From assembly GCF_000400465.1 (NCBI RefSeq), contig NW_008806280.1, positions 20,001 to 268,000 on the forward strand: DNA of 248,000 bases, read 5' to 3'. Below are positions 70,976 through 83,898 of this stretch, one piece after another. The notes under the pieces were generated by a model. The model saw only the letters and a program-made list of their open reading frames with translations, had not been told where the DNA came from and searched no databases. Source of the stretch: Wallemia ichthyophaga EXF-994 (taxonomy: Eukaryota > Fungi > Basidiomycota). Each line of letters begins with the position of its first letter. Positions within the stretch are counted from its first letter, which is position 1. Both the position numbers and the translations under genes were made by a program.

Positions 70976-71869
70976 CTAATTTAAAATGATACAGAATCTA
71001 AGAAAGCCGTCGGGAGATGCCATCGTTGACGCCAGCCACGAAATGTCAGCTTCGAGAGGGATAGCTGTGCCGTGAAGAACGGGATAAGCTAGCTGTGGGT
71101 ATTTGGAGCTGTCTGAGGGGAATAGTAAGGGCAACGATGTCGATAAAGCTTGCTGGAGTGTTAACTTTGGCGGAAGAATGTCTTGAATTACAATCTGATC
71201 TGGTAAGATGAATTTGAGCGGGATTGAGCGCGGTTTTGGCGTTTCATTATCATCCATCTCTTTTTCTTTGATTGACAAGGGCAATGGGAGCAATTTGTCC
71301 GCAATTTTGAAGTATTCGTCAATGTCATTCGACTGAATTGAGTGCCACAGCTGCTCAGTTTGATTAGTTTTTAACTGAGTTATGCGCTTAACAGTGCCCC
71401 AGTATATCAGCTGAGATTCCTTCAAACTACCCATGAAGCTCAGTTTGGTGGATTGCAGGTGAGCAGCAGCACTATCAGCAGAATTGGACAAGTGCAGGAT
71501 GAGTTTGAGAGGAGGGGCGTGATTTTTAAGTGGATTATAATTAAACGTGTAATAATCATACGATAGACCAATATTCCAATGCAATTTGAGCTTATCGGGG
71601 ATGTTATTAGCGGTCGTGTTGCTCTCGGGCAAATCAACGACTTCAAACCAAATATCGTCGTCGTTGATACTGTTAAGCTGGTTGGAGCTATGATTTGATT
71701 GCAGGAACGCATATTTCAATTGCTGGTATATGAAAAATGGGTAGGAATTTCTATACGCCGTGAAGTAAACGGTATCTAGCACGCTAAGGCCATCTTTTCT
71801 AACAGAGAGTTCCAAGGAGACGGTAGAATTCCAATTGAGACTCCTAAAGTAATTCAAGTCAGAGGACAT
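70976..71869 (-). CDS. ATG5: Autophagy protein 5
   Basis: LHWNIGLSYD, FMGSLKESQ, PDGFL. Confidence 0.75.
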   Translation of the reverse strand: MSSDLNYFRSLNWNSTVSLELSVRKDGLSVLDTVYFTAYRNSYPFFIYQQLKYAFLQSNHSSNQLNSINDDDIWFEVVDLPESNTTANNIPDKLKLHWNIGLSYDYYTFNYNPLKNHAPPLKLILHLSNSADSAAAHLQSTKLSFMGSLKESQLIYWGTVKRITQLKTNQTEQLWHSIQSNDIDEYFKIADKLLPLPLSIKEKEMDDNETPKPRSIPLKFILPDQIVIQDILPPKLTLQQALSTSLPLLFPSDSSKYPQLAYPVLHGTAIPLEADISWLASTMASPDGFLRFCIILN

Positions 71870-71939
71870 TTGAATCGTCTGCTCGGTATGAAGATTCAAA
71901 CTAAGTTGAACGGGTAAAAACAAGGCTAGAAGGACTACG

Positions 71940-72200
71940 ATGAAATTATTCAACAAGTTCAACAAGAAGAGGAGTAACAAGAAGACCAAGAAGGGAATAT
72001 CCAATACAGATATCATTCCGCACCTCTCGCCGTTTGATCCTTTCACATATAATCACGATCCATTTGCAAAACTAGACGACAGTAAGCAAGAACGGAGACA
72101 AGTGCAGTACAAGAACAATCACCTCAAGAATCCAATCTATAAGCTACCTTCTATCGACGATATCAGTTTACCAGATTTATCCGACAAAGGAGGCGCTTGA
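71940..72200 (+). CDS. Small hypothetical protein
   Basis: ATG-initiated 86-codon ORF in a gap. Confidence 0.3.
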   Translation: MKLFNKFNKKRSNKKTKKGISNTDIIPHLSPFDPFTYNHDPFAKLDDSKQERRQVQYKNNHLKNPIYKLPSIDDISLPDLSDKGGA

Positions 72201-72336
72201 ATGGAATTATACCTTAAGTGAAAAGCAAGACACTGGGTATAAAATACGCGAATATCCATGACTCAATATAAATTATATAATGAACCTGTAATATACCGAC
72301 AAGACAGTCTAACACTCTTTGTACCATACCACCACC

Positions 72337-75300
72337 AATATGCCACAGCCGAATCATCGTACAATACCTTCACAGTCTCTAAACACACCAAAGCCAGCAA
72401 AGAAGGCTAAGAAAGTTGCAGTAAAGCTTCCCAGCCGTGATGGAAGAAGGGTTCTCGACACAGACAATGCCACGGACACGGGCACTGCCACTTCCACGCC
72501 ACCAGTTATATCCACAATACCCACATCTACTTCACATTTACACCAGTCTCCTGACGATAATGTTATTGATATCTTCCTTCCAGGAAAAGACGCTTGGGAC
72601 GCTATCAAGCAGCGTGGAATAACCAATCAGCTATACAAGCTGGGAATACACACCCAGCCTACACTATCTGAGCAGAAATATGACTCAAACTTTGATACCC
72701 CACCTGAAAATGACTTATTATCCTTTAAAATGGATAGGTTCTTTAATGACTCGCTTGTCGATAGCAAGACACCCAATCCAGACAACTCCACTCTCTCTTT
72801 GTCCAATTTCAACACCACAAGCTTATCGCCGGCTTTGTCTTCTCCGTCGGGCTACTTGCAGCACTCCCCACTCTCAAACACAGGCCATTTAAGTATTCCA
72901 CATACTTCAGCTCCAGCTTCAAACGCCTCACCCAACCCATCCTCACTTGCTGATGTCGAAGAAGTCGAGGAAGTGGAAGAGGTAGAAAACGCGGCGGAAA
73001 ACTTGGCTTATAACACAGAGGCAGTTGATAACACAGTGTCGACTGATAATACTCAGCAACAAGATAACAAAGACCAATTAGAGGTGGAGAATCATCTCAA
73101 TAACACCTCTCCAAACACCTCAATCATCCCAGATGAGGCTCCTCAATTGCCCCCACCCTCTTTCCAAGAACTCAGCAGAGGGTTTGGCTATGAGCTTGAC
73201 TATGAAGACGAACAGGCTCAGCTAGCCCAGCTCGAGAAAGAGGAAAGAAATCACAAAAAGTCCATGTCAGGATTTTCTATCAAGTCCGATAGCCAGCAGT
73301 ATGATAATGATGAGGATGTCCAAGACGCAGTGGATGAAAAGGACGACGGGGCTACAGAGGATACCGCCACTGCTCAAGACACTGACGCTGAAGCAGTTGA
73401 AGACATTTTCAAAGCAGAAAGTTTAGACGGTGAGTGCGAGTGTCTCACTACACCAAACACTCCTAACACTTTTCGCAGATAACAACACCAACACTGATAT
73501 TGATGAACAAGCCTTCAATTACGAGCTGTATGAGCTGCAGAGAAAGGACACAGAGGCTGACGAACAAGTGCAGCTTCAGCGCGATCAAGAAGAAAACACC
73601 AAAATACCATCCGCATATCCCAAAAGCGCTCTCAAACCGACTGTTACAGAGTTTGTCCCCGCAGCTCCTGCAGCTCCTTTCAAAGACAGCACCAACGAGT
73701 ACAACTCAGCTTTCAAATTCGATCGGTACTCATTACCAGCGCAATACGACGCACCAAAACAACCTATACCCAATCACATGACCAAACGTCAAAGAGCATC
73801 ATCGCGCGCGACCTCGGGCGAGGGTGATAACTGGTCAGGCTTCGACGTCAACAGTGACGGAGGGGACCTCGACACCTTCTCTAACCCTTCCGATGAAGAG
73901 CGGCTGCTACAGCACCGCCTCAATAGCCGCATGATGTCGAATCATGCTTTACAATTCGGGGGTAAGGAGAATGAGCGTGAGCAGGAGCAGGAGCAGGAGC
74001 AGGAGCAAGATGATGAACACACACTCTCTGCGCCGCTCAACGCACTCAATAGAAAGACGTCGCTCTCTGCTAATGCACCGGTGTTTGAGCCCGGCAACTT
74101 CACTTTCAAGTCTGAGCTGAGTCTGAACCGGAGTGCGCCACCTGAAAGCTCACTGGGGTCGCTTCATAGGACGGAGTCGAAAGAGAGTGAGATGCCTTAT
74201 AAGCGGGGACGCCCTAACCCAAGTGATACCTCGGATGACTGGAAGATTCCATCCACGATCAAGCAGGAAGAGGTCGAGGGCGATGTGTACGATGTCAATG
74301 TCAGTGGTGTGAAGCACTCTGACAGAGAGTGCGAGAGCGTAAACGCTTCGCGCACGAACTTGAGTCTGCAGGATGTGTATCACAAATTGGAGCAGCTATC
74401 TATCAACCTCAAAGCACGCGATGTAGTGACGAGGGACGATCTAAAAGAAGCCATTGAACATGACAGAGGCTTAATAATGGAGGTCTTGTTCCGAAACAGC
74501 TCGTCTGGTGATGTTTTGGCCGCTCTTAAACCACAAATCGCATCACTGAAGCCTGATGAAGACGCAATTGCTACGAGGTTATCAGATTTTGTTAGACCTG
74601 ATATACTGTCGTTGATTAATATGGCGGCTTCAGGTGGGTTGATGTCTTGTCTTATTTCACTCAAGCTCACGCTCACGTCACAGACAAAGAGAAGACGGCA
74701 GATATTATCACAGAACACCTCACAAATTCAGACATATTCACGTCGATCAAGACTGCACTGAGTGACATGGTCAGCAGACACAGTGAGCTTTATGACTCAT
74801 TCCACTCAACACAGACAGAGATTTTCACAAATGCATCCTCGCTGCATGCCAAGCTCGGTGATTTGCCTGACGGGATAACGGCGGCGACGGGTGCGCTCCA
74901 AACTGCGACGGAGAAGCTGAACGCGTACTCATCTCTTCCCGGAGAGCTAAAGGGTATGAGTGAATACGTGAGCGATAATGCAGCGCTTCGCAACGACATC
75001 TCCAAAGCACAATCGCACCATGGCAAGCTGCGCACCGAGAAGGACCGACTGCTTGACAAGCTGCGGGTAGCGGAAGAGGAGCGTGACTCAGCCAAGATAG
75101 AGGCGGATCTATCGCGCCAGTCTAGCCGTAAGATTGAGTCCGATCTCGTCAAGATCGAGGCGACGAATGGCAGTCTGATAGAGAGTCTAAACGGAATGGC
75201 GAACAAGTGCGCGCAGTTTGAGCACCAGTTGGAGGATCTGTTCGACCAGAAGCAGACATGGTACGCAGCTGACCGCGACTACCAGGTGAGGGTGAAGGAG

Positions 75301-75939
75301 CTGGAGATGCAGTTGGAGATGCAGAGCAGGGAGCGTGAGAATAAGATGAGAGCGATTTCGGAGGAGCACGAGCGCATTCAGAATCATGCCGAGGAGCTCG
75401 CCCGTAGCTTACATTCCTCTCATCTCGAAAACACTCGTTTGCACAGCGAGTACGAGGATATGTCGCGAAGCTCCCTCGCTGTCAACCAGGACCTCGCCGC
75501 TAAATGTGGTTTACTTGAGAATCGTAATGCGGAGCTGGAGGATGTGGCTGATGGGGCCAGGGAGTCAGAAGAACAACATCTACAGGCGCATCATGCGGCT
75601 AGCCAACACGTACACGAGCTCGAAGAGAAGGGCGTGCAGGATAAGGCTTTGCTGCAGGAGGCTACTAGCACTATCGAGAGACTTTACGAGGAGATGTCCG
75701 CGACGACGCACGAGATGGCCCATCTTAGGAGGGAAAATGAGGGATTGAAGGGGGGTGCGGGTGTAGATGTGGATGGCAGACGCACGCCCACTAATAAGAA
75801 TTACAAGTCACAAGATGTTCACGCCCCCGTACCCGCTTATAACACACCCGTCTCACCGGCTTTCAGCTCGATATCAAAACTCAGCACTAGCACGGCAGCT
75901 ACCTACCAAGCTGACGATGGATGGTTCTATCCGACGTGA
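72337..75939 (+). CDS. Large low-complexity/coiled-coil protein
   Basis: Three same-strand ORFs joined by short introns; C-terminal heptads; PAM2-like LSANAPVFEP. Confidence 0.7.
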
Positions 75940-76869
75940 TGAATTATGCTTATTTTAACGCATTTTAGTAATCCAAAGTCGTTGAGGCTGTAGATTGTAT
76001 ATGCGCACCATTGCCTGGAAACATAAAGACCATTTATCGTATATTTTATGTGCACATATGTGTCGATGATGTCATTGATGTTATCTGAGACAGGGTCAGC
76101 TCCGATAAATTCAGCCTTGATAAATTACGCCAAGCTATATAGAAACAAATATTTAGGAGCAAAGACGTTTTGTTAGCCTCATACGACGATTAGAACGTGA
76201 CTTATCCAGCCAAGTTGCGCGTATCAGATGAAGGTGTGTGTGAACTCGGAGGCTGTGTTCGATGGCGAAGACGAGCACGAAATCAGATAGTACTCCTAGA
76301 CGCCACAATCGTCACACACTGTCTCGCTGAAATACTCAGCATCGAGTGAATCTATCATGTCTTCCGGGTCCGCTATATCTGCTGCTAATGACAGCCATGA
76401 AAAATTATATATCCCGGTGATGTACACACACTCATACGGCACCGACGCAGTCATACGTGAGGCTATTCGTCTGTAGGCAGCCAACGTAGTAACAACTCAA
76501 AACAGAGACACTGCCGCTGCCATTCGCAGGTCGCAGCAAGATTGACCGGTCGAGCGCAATACCCAAGACAATGACGATGGGCGGAACTAGCCAGACGAGC
76601 ACAGAGGCTAGAGATAGCAAGAGGAGTGAGGATGCCACGGAGAGGGAGCTAGTGCCACGGCTGGCAGTGAACCAGACGAGCTCGAACAAGGCTAGTGCAG
76701 GATGTGCAGGAGTTTTGCAAGGTGAGTGTAGATAGATGTCTGTGTGAGTGGATACGACGCGGACTGAGCTGCTAAACGCAGGCGACACAGGACTGGATTT
76801 TGAATTTAATAGTTAAATGTAAATGCTATTGATACACTGGAGTTACTAATGTTGTTGGATATATAAGAC

Positions 76870-77157
76870 TCAAACGGCGTCGACTAGCTTTGGACCTTCT
76901 CTATTGGGATGCTGCTGATGCTGCTGATGCTGCTGTCGTTGAGGTGCTGGTTCAGCCCTTGCTTCGTGCCTCTGATTACGCTCATTATTTAGGCCAGAGA
77001 GGAGATTATTGATGAGCTTATAGCGCTGCTCAACCAGGTCATGCTCTACATCATTATCGTCCATTCTTCGAGTGCGTTTGCTTGTGCTGGTTGCTTGGCT
77101 GTCGCTGGGCTTGCACACATCACTACTCCCATCACTCCCAGACCTTTTTCGGTTCAT
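76870..77157 (-). CDS. Small hypothetical protein
   Basis: MNRKRS...LINNLLSGLNNERNQR. Confidence 0.45.
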   Translation of the reverse strand: MNRKRSGSDGSSDVCKPSDSQATSTSKRTRRMDDNDVEHDLVEQRYKLINNLLSGLNNERNQRHEARAEPAPQRQQHQQHQQHPNREGPKLVDAV

Positions 77158-77223
77158 AATATTTGACCTTTGATATTTTGGATGAAGATCACTCCTTTTA
77201 ACCAAATACACTGCTAAAATTGA

Positions 77224-79864
77224 ATGGAAATCAAAGAATTAATAGAAGGTATGCATGTTTTATATCTTCTGAATATAAGTAACGCTTTCATAGCCACAGA
77301 GGGCTTCAACTTGCTTTTCAATGATAAGATTGAGGAGTCGACACGCGAGCTATCCAAACACAATAATGCGTTTGGTAAAACTGGATTAGGAATTATTCTC
77401 TTCTTACAAGCTGCGTTGGGTATGGAGGATGGCATGATGGAAAGGGCACAGGATCAACTTCTCCAGGCCGAGAAAGCTGCCGACTCTGCCAAGAGAGAGT
77501 GCAGCAATGCAAAGCACAATAAGACTAGATTCGCTAGCGCTGCTCCTTATGTGTGACTGATCACTCGTACAAAACAGCAACCTAACAGCTCCTCACAGGA
77601 GCTACTTGTAGCTGCGAATGTAATTGGGCAATCTATGACTCAGATTTTAACGGAATCCTCTGTTGAAATGATCAAAGCCATTTACAAAGTTGGTTGATTA
77701 CTCATACACGCCCACCCGCACTAATTTTAGAACAGCTCAACAGATCCTATAAGCTGTACAACAACTCGTTCCTCACAGTCTTCCCTGGTGGCGCTGCGTC
77801 TCTGCCAGACACTCCAATAGCTTCTCCTTCGCTATCGAGACAACAATCCACCCAAACACTCAACAAACCAGCCCCACCAAAGCCACAGAAAAGCTTCCTC
77901 GCAAAGAAGTTTGGTAGCTTCTTAGGCGGGGCTGGTGGTGGCACAAATACCGCTCAAATCACCACTCCTCAACCGCCATCCGATGAAGTTGAGGAATTTG
78001 TCATGTCTGGTGCTTGTTTCGGATTCGGATTGTTCGGTTTGGTATTCTCGCTTATGCCGCCAAAGCTGTAGGTTATTTGTGTAATAGCTCCACTGTATAC
78101 TCACTCCATTAAGGAAGAAGCTAATTAACGTTTTTGGGTTCAAGAGCGATAGGAAGGAGGCCCTCAAGGCGTTAAGTCTGAGTGCTAGCTACAAAGATGT
78201 TCACTCATCCTTCGCTGCACTCACCCTCCTCTTCTACACCTCATCCACACTACTTCTTGCTGGTTGGAATGCTGATTCAGAAAATGACATGCGCATGTTC
78301 GAGAAAATTTTGAAAAGGTGCGTCTCATTTTGAACTACAGTCACTATTGAGACGATTTATCAGTTGTGAAGAAAGGTGAGCGTCGACGGGATACAAAGAT
78401 GTATATTCACATCCACAGATATCCAGACGGCACCCTATGGACGCTCAACAGAGCCAAACTGGAGCGTATAAATGGAAATGCTGACAAGGCCCTTGAAATT
78501 TTGGGTAGTACGCTCAACAAAGATGGCGGCTTCCCTCAGGCTGAGGTAATTATAGTTTTTGAATACGCTTGGCTCCTGCTCGCCGAGAATAGGTGGGTTG
78601 CTTTTGTGTTCTAGGATACGCTAACAAACCAACTAGATACCAAGATTCTGCACAATACTTCCTTCATCTGATGAAACTCAATTCGTGGTCACACGCCACA
78701 TACACTCTCTTGGCAGCTGGCTGTCATTTGTCCCATGCGCAGGAGGTAGACACAGAGGAGAACCACGCCAAAGCGCACGAGGAGTTTATGAAGGCAAGTC
78801 TGCGTGGTGTGGATAGAGAGGGTATATGAGCTGACATGATCTCTAGGTGCCCAGTCTCCTCAACGCGAAGAAACTCGGTGGACGTAATATGCCAATGGAG
78901 GATGTGAGAAGGGGTTTGAATTGTGACTGATCAACTAACCAAATCGCCCACACAGTTTGCACAGCGCAAAATAGCATTCTGGAAGCGTAAGCATGAGCGC
79001 CGTGTCGGTGCATGCGCGAAACAGGGCATTAGTGTCGATCCTGAGCGATGGGATTTGGCCATTAAGGTAATTTGGGATGTTGGTAGGAATACACACACAC
79101 ATACTCACACATACTCCAGATTAGTCCGGCAGATGTGAGTGGAGTTTGTATGGCTGGTCTTCACTTGCAGCTGACGCACGTGGTAGGAAATGGCATGTTT
79201 CTGGAACAGCTATGGGAAGATAACACGTCACGCTGCTATCAAGCACATGGAATCTTTGTGTCAACTCACACCTGCACCTCTGATCGAGACTCACCTAGTC
79301 GACATGACCAAGGCGGAGGGCAGCGCAGGTGCAGGTGCAGGCACAATGGAAGATCTGGACACACTCGACGAGAAGGCTGTAAGATGTCTTCTTCTCGGAA
79401 TTCTCCATCGCGCTATCGGAGAGCTGGCCTTGTCTCGCAGATACCTCGACGAGTGTGTGTCTTACAGAGGGCAGATCACTGACGATACTTGGGCGCCTGC
79501 ATTTGCGGCTTACGAGTTAGCGGTGTTGGAGCTGAACGAATGCGACAGACTGACAGCTAAGAGTAGGTCGGACAGCGGTACACCAGATTCCTCAGCTGCG
79601 TCCTTCTCCACGGCGAGGGAGGGCGAAGATGCAGAGGGTGAGAAGGCTGAGAAGGCTGAGACGGATGAAAAGACAGTCGAACCATCCACCGCAAAGACGT
79701 CCAAGGATATCTGGAAGAGGGGTATCGACGCTAGTGAGAAACACCTCGCTCTGGTTGCCTCAGGAGAGTTTGGGACTACGTACGATCTCGAAGGTCGTCA
79801 AGGCACAAGAATGTATTTACTAAAGGATGAGATACAGACCAAAAAGGCACAGATGGAGTTGTGA
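77224..79864 (+). CDS. IML2: Iml2/TTC39-family protein
   Basis: SGACFGFGLFGLVFSLMPP; YPDGTLW; WSHATY; many introns. Confidence 0.8.
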
Positions 79865-80270
79865 GGGTGGTAAAACTGCTTTTTTTTGTTGCTCTTGTAC
79901 ACAGTTACGTTTCTTTGCTACTCTCAGAAAATACTCCCGCTCTGTTTGTATTTGCTAAACCAAAGAGTGAAAATTGTGAGACACAAGACGAGGATGATGG
80001 AGTTGAGGGATTTGTAGAGCTGCTGGTACGCAGGATTGTGGATTGGGTAGGATTTGTATATTACATGCCATTGTCTGAGCGAGTAGCCGATGGAGAGCGC
80101 TGCGAAGATGTACACGGTGCCCATGTTGGGTGTTTGGATGCGAGTGGGGGTGTGGGTTTGTGGATTTATATACACAAAATGCAAATTTTAGCAGCGAGAA
80201 ATGCAATTCATTTAAATTATAGAGTACTCTAGCTAATCTATAGAGACAAAAAAAAAGTGAGTCAGACATA

Positions 80271-81872
80271 TCACAGCGCAACATCAGCCAAGCGCGCAAC
80301 CTCAATAACGCCACCGACGAGATGGAGTGAGCCGCAGACGAGGATGTGTGTGTGTGAGTGTGGATTATTGGTACTATTCACACTCAGGCTCTCACTCCTA
80401 TCGATATAATCCACAGCAGCCTCGATCGACGGTAGTACTTCAACGCAGCCTTTGAATTGGGGGAGGAGGGAGTTCCACGCCGCTTTGAGCTCATGTTGAA
80501 CCTCTAATTCCTGTATAGTGAGTACGTCTACATTCCTAGCCGTGAGATCGCTGGCAAACTCGCCCGACGTGTAGGTCAGATTGGTGCAGAAAATGACCGA
80601 GGTGAAGAGTGTTTCCATGTTCGCGCCCGCTGCGGTGAGGTAGGCAGCGACCACGCCGAGCAGCTCGGTCGGTGACCTGCCCTTAGTGCAGTTAAAGATG
80701 AGGTGAGTGCGAGTGTGTTGTTGTGGCTGCTCCACCTCCAGCTCCCGTTCCCGCCGCGCTCTCACAACCCCGCCGAACCACTGCATGCATGCAGTGAGGC
80801 TGTCAGCGGTATGGCTGCCATCAAGAAACCACGTCGTGCTTGGCCGTCTTGGATCTACCACCGTCTGGCACCTTCCTGGCCACCTAGCCTTTGTGAGACC
80901 GTCGACGAACACCTGCGGAAGACCATTTCTCCAATCGTGCCCCTCTAGCTCACCTTTCCAGCTAGCGAACTTGTTGCTCTTTCCCGCATTCACAAAAGCA
81001 CGCACGACATCGACGGCCAGTCGCGCATTAAGCGCCTGGTGCACACCGGGCAGGCCGAGGGGGAGTGAGAGGGTGTGATTAGCGGGAGCATCGCGTGTGT
81101 CGACTACGCCGAAAGGGGCATTGACGCGCTGAGCACACTCCGCCAGAACGGCCTCGCCATCTTCGGGCTGAGGGACGGTGAGTGCCGCGGCGCCTGCTTT
81201 GTATATCCCCCCTTTATTGAGGGCTATCGCGCGAATAGTCCCGCCTAGCAAAGCCGTGTGGTCGAGACCAAGACTGCTCACAGCTGCTACTGCCGGCGCG
81301 GGGACTATGTTGGTGCAGTCGAGCGACCCCCCAATACCGACTTCGAGGACGGTCGCGTCTACGTCTTCGGCGAGGAACGTGTGGAAAGCTACGAGCGTCA
81401 TGAAGCGGAAGTAAGCGGGTTTGGGGAGAGTGGACGTGGAGTGTGTGTTGTTGACGCTGTCCACGTCGCTCACCTCATCCTCGCCCACGCCATCCAAAGC
81501 CATCCACACGTCAAAAAAGTACTTGGCGAAACGCTCTTCGCTGAGTGGGTGGCCATTGATGCGTATACGCTCGCGGACGGCTACGAGGTGCGGGGAGGTG
81601 TACAGACCCACGCTGGCGTGTGGATTGAGGGACTGGAGGAGGGACGAGACAAAGGCGGCAGTGGAGCCCTTGCCCTTTGTGCCGGTGATGTGAAGGACGT
81701 TGAGTCTGTTGAGATCGCTTGGCGTGTATCCCATCCGGCGTAGATAGACCTCCATGTCGCGGAGCGTGTGTCCACGACGAGCCTCGCGTGCGCAAGTGGA
81801 AGCGGCGATAGTAGCAGCATTGCTCTGTAGGCTGTTGAGGCATTCGATGGCGTGTTGGTAAGTCTTCTTCAT
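80271..81872 (-). CDS. MET7: Folylpolyglutamate synthase
   Basis: HITGTKGKGST, TSPHL..VRERIRING, WPGRCQ, FLDGSHT. Confidence 0.92.
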   Translation of the reverse strand: MKKTYQHAIECLNSLQSNAATIAASTCAREARRGHTLRDMEVYLRRMGYTPSDLNRLNVLHITGTKGKGSTAAFVSSLLQSLNPHASVGLYTSPHLVAVRERIRINGHPLSEERFAKYFFDVWMALDGVGEDEVSDVDSVNNTHSTSTLPKPAYFRFMTLVAFHTFLAEDVDATVLEVGIGGSLDCTNIVPAPAVAAVSSLGLDHTALLGGTIRAIALNKGGIYKAGAAALTVPQPEDGEAVLAECAQRVNAPFGVVDTRDAPANHTLSLPLGLPGVHQALNARLAVDVVRAFVNAGKSNKFASWKGELEGHDWRNGLPQVFVDGLTKARWPGRCQTVVDPRRPSTTWFLDGSHTADSLTACMQWFGGVVRARRERELEVEQPQQHTRTHLIFNCTKGRSPTELLGVVAAYLTAAGANMETLFTSVIFCTNLTYTSGEFASDLTARNVDVLTIQELEVQHELKAAWNSLLPQFKGCVEVLPSIEAAVDYIDRSESLSVNSTNNPHSHTHILVCGSLHLVGGVIEVARLADVAL

Positions 81873-81956
81873 GGAGTGATATTGATGGTGCTGGACGAAC
81901 AAGTCAACAACTAACAACCATCAACCAATCAACTAAATAACCAATCAACCATCAGA

Positions 81957-82568
81957 ATGGCCCCCCACTCAATGCCGCAGCCACCCGCTTCTCTCTCCGG
82001 CAGCAATCTCAAGATCGGCATCGTGCACACCCGCTGGAATTCGGAGGTTGTCGATGCACTCGTCCAAGGCACACGCAATCGTCTTCTCTCACTCGGAGTT
82101 AAGCCTGAGAATGTAATTATCCAGCAGATCGCTGGTAGCTGGGAATTACCGATTGCGACCAAGAAGATGATTCTCGCTGGTAGAGTTCAGCAAGGGCATT
82201 CACAGAACCTGCTCTCGGGTTTAGATCCACTCAGCTCTCCAGAGGCTCCGGGCGCATCAACAGACACAGCTTCAGCTACTAAAGTCGGCGAGTTCGACGC
82301 TGTAGTATCTATCGGTGTCCTCGTGAAAGGCAGCACACAACACTTTGAATACATCGCTGGAGCTGCGACTGACGGCCTCATGCGCGTCAGTCTCGATGAG
82401 AACACCCCCGTCGTATTCGGCGTGCTCACTTGCAATAACGAGGAACAGGCTAGAAGCAGAGCGGGTTTGGTGCCAGGTGGCCTCGAAAATCACGGTCCTA
82501 GTTGGGCAGACTCGGCTGTTGAACTCGCTGGTCTATCGGCAAAGTGGAGTAAAGGGGTGTTTGAATGA
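81957..82568 (+). CDS. RIB4: 6,7-dimethyl-8-ribityllumazine synthase
   Basis: HTRWN, GSWELP, GSTQHFEYI. Confidence 0.95.
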   Translation: MAPHSMPQPPASLSGSNLKIGIVHTRWNSEVVDALVQGTRNRLLSLGVKPENVIIQQIAGSWELPIATKKMILAGRVQQGHSQNLLSGLDPLSSPEAPGASTDTASATKVGEFDAVVSIGVLVKGSTQHFEYIAGAATDGLMRVSLDENTPVVFGVLTCNNEEQARSRAGLVPGGLENHGPSWADSAVELAGLSAKWSKGVFE

Positions 82569-83530
82569 GTAGTTAGTTTGATAAAGTATACACGCTTAAT
82601 GAATGTGGATATTACAATGGATCGATCCCGTCGAGTTGTCGAATTCGTATAAAGTGGTTCAATGAGTGAATATGCTGCTATCTGGTAGCGCTGTGGTTTT
82701 CCATGACTTTCTATTCTTCTTGATTGTCTATTCTGCTTCTTCTGACCTCTCTAGCCTCTAACTATGCGCCCTTCTAGGGAGGTGGAAGAGAAGTGAAGGT
82801 GGACGGTGGAGTGTTTTTACGGGACTGGTGAGGCGTGGGGAGTGGTCGTTGAGTGGAACGCAGAAAGACTGCTGCTTGGTCAAATAACCGTCAAACTCAA
82901 AAGAATTGCTCTGTGAGGTTGAAGAGGACGTTGAGCAAGTTGAAGCAGACGAAGTCGATGAGACTGATGAGGATGATCTCGATCTTTTCTGTCTTTTGGA
83001 GTGTCAGTGCCGTTCCTGCTACTCAAGCCTTGACTTACACTACAGGACGCCCAGGACGCCCAGCTTTGAAAGGGTCAAGGTCTTGGAAAAGACTGTCCGT
83101 CTTGGCTTCCGTAAGCTTCATCTGGGCTGATTATCTAACACTCCACGTCGACGTCGGTAGGGAGCAAGTCTTGTCGATCGAGTTGTCCAGACTGCGCACG
83201 GATGTCAGGCGGGGGCGAGACAACTCTAATTAAGAATATTTTTTAGGGTAAATGGGGATGGGCCATGTTTGACTAGGTGCATTGAAATCGTTCAACGGAA
83301 TTTATGCGTTTGTTGTACATGTGTTATTTATATCGATGTGAAAATTTGTCAGTCCTGACTGTGCAAAGTGGGAAATGAGAGTAGAATAAGTGGGAGATTG
83401 CTAGTATTGCCAAGTGAGTCAATTAAGACAAATGAGCCAGCCATTTGAGTTGAAAGTGTATGCCAGAGTGGAGATATAAACCAATGGAGCCAATGAGCTG
83501 GGTTATAAGCCATATTTGATATTTGGTAAA

Positions 83531-83833
83531 TCAATAGGACCACTGTGAGCCTGCAGAGTGATCGCTATCGAATGAACTTGTGCTTGTTGTGCTTAATGTG
83601 GACGATGTACTTGTAAGTGAGCTGCTTCGTTGTCTGTTTGAAGCGGCTGAAGCGATACAAGACAATGAATCAGTCCTGCTGAAGGTGCTGAGCGTGTCGA
83701 TATTACTATCACTCCCCCTCAAAACAGCAATTGGCAACGGCTTTGGCAGCGTGTACTTGGATGAACTACGGGAGGGTAAGGGAATGTTATTTGGGATCAG
83801 CTTCAGTGGCGTTGGTGGTTGTCTACGTGGCAT
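83531..83833 (-). CDS. Small Ser-rich hypothetical protein
   Basis: MPRRQPPTPLKL ORF. Confidence 0.45.
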   Translation of the reverse strand: MPRRQPPTPLKLIPNNIPLPSRSSSKYTLPKPLPIAVLRGSDSNIDTLSTFSRTDSLSCIASAASNRQRSSSLTSTSSTLSTTSTSSFDSDHSAGSQWSY

Positions 83834-83898
83834 TTCAGCGAGTTTAACGACCTGCGTTTTGTTTATCTTTATATCCTGTTGGTGGTTTCGCTTCTCCA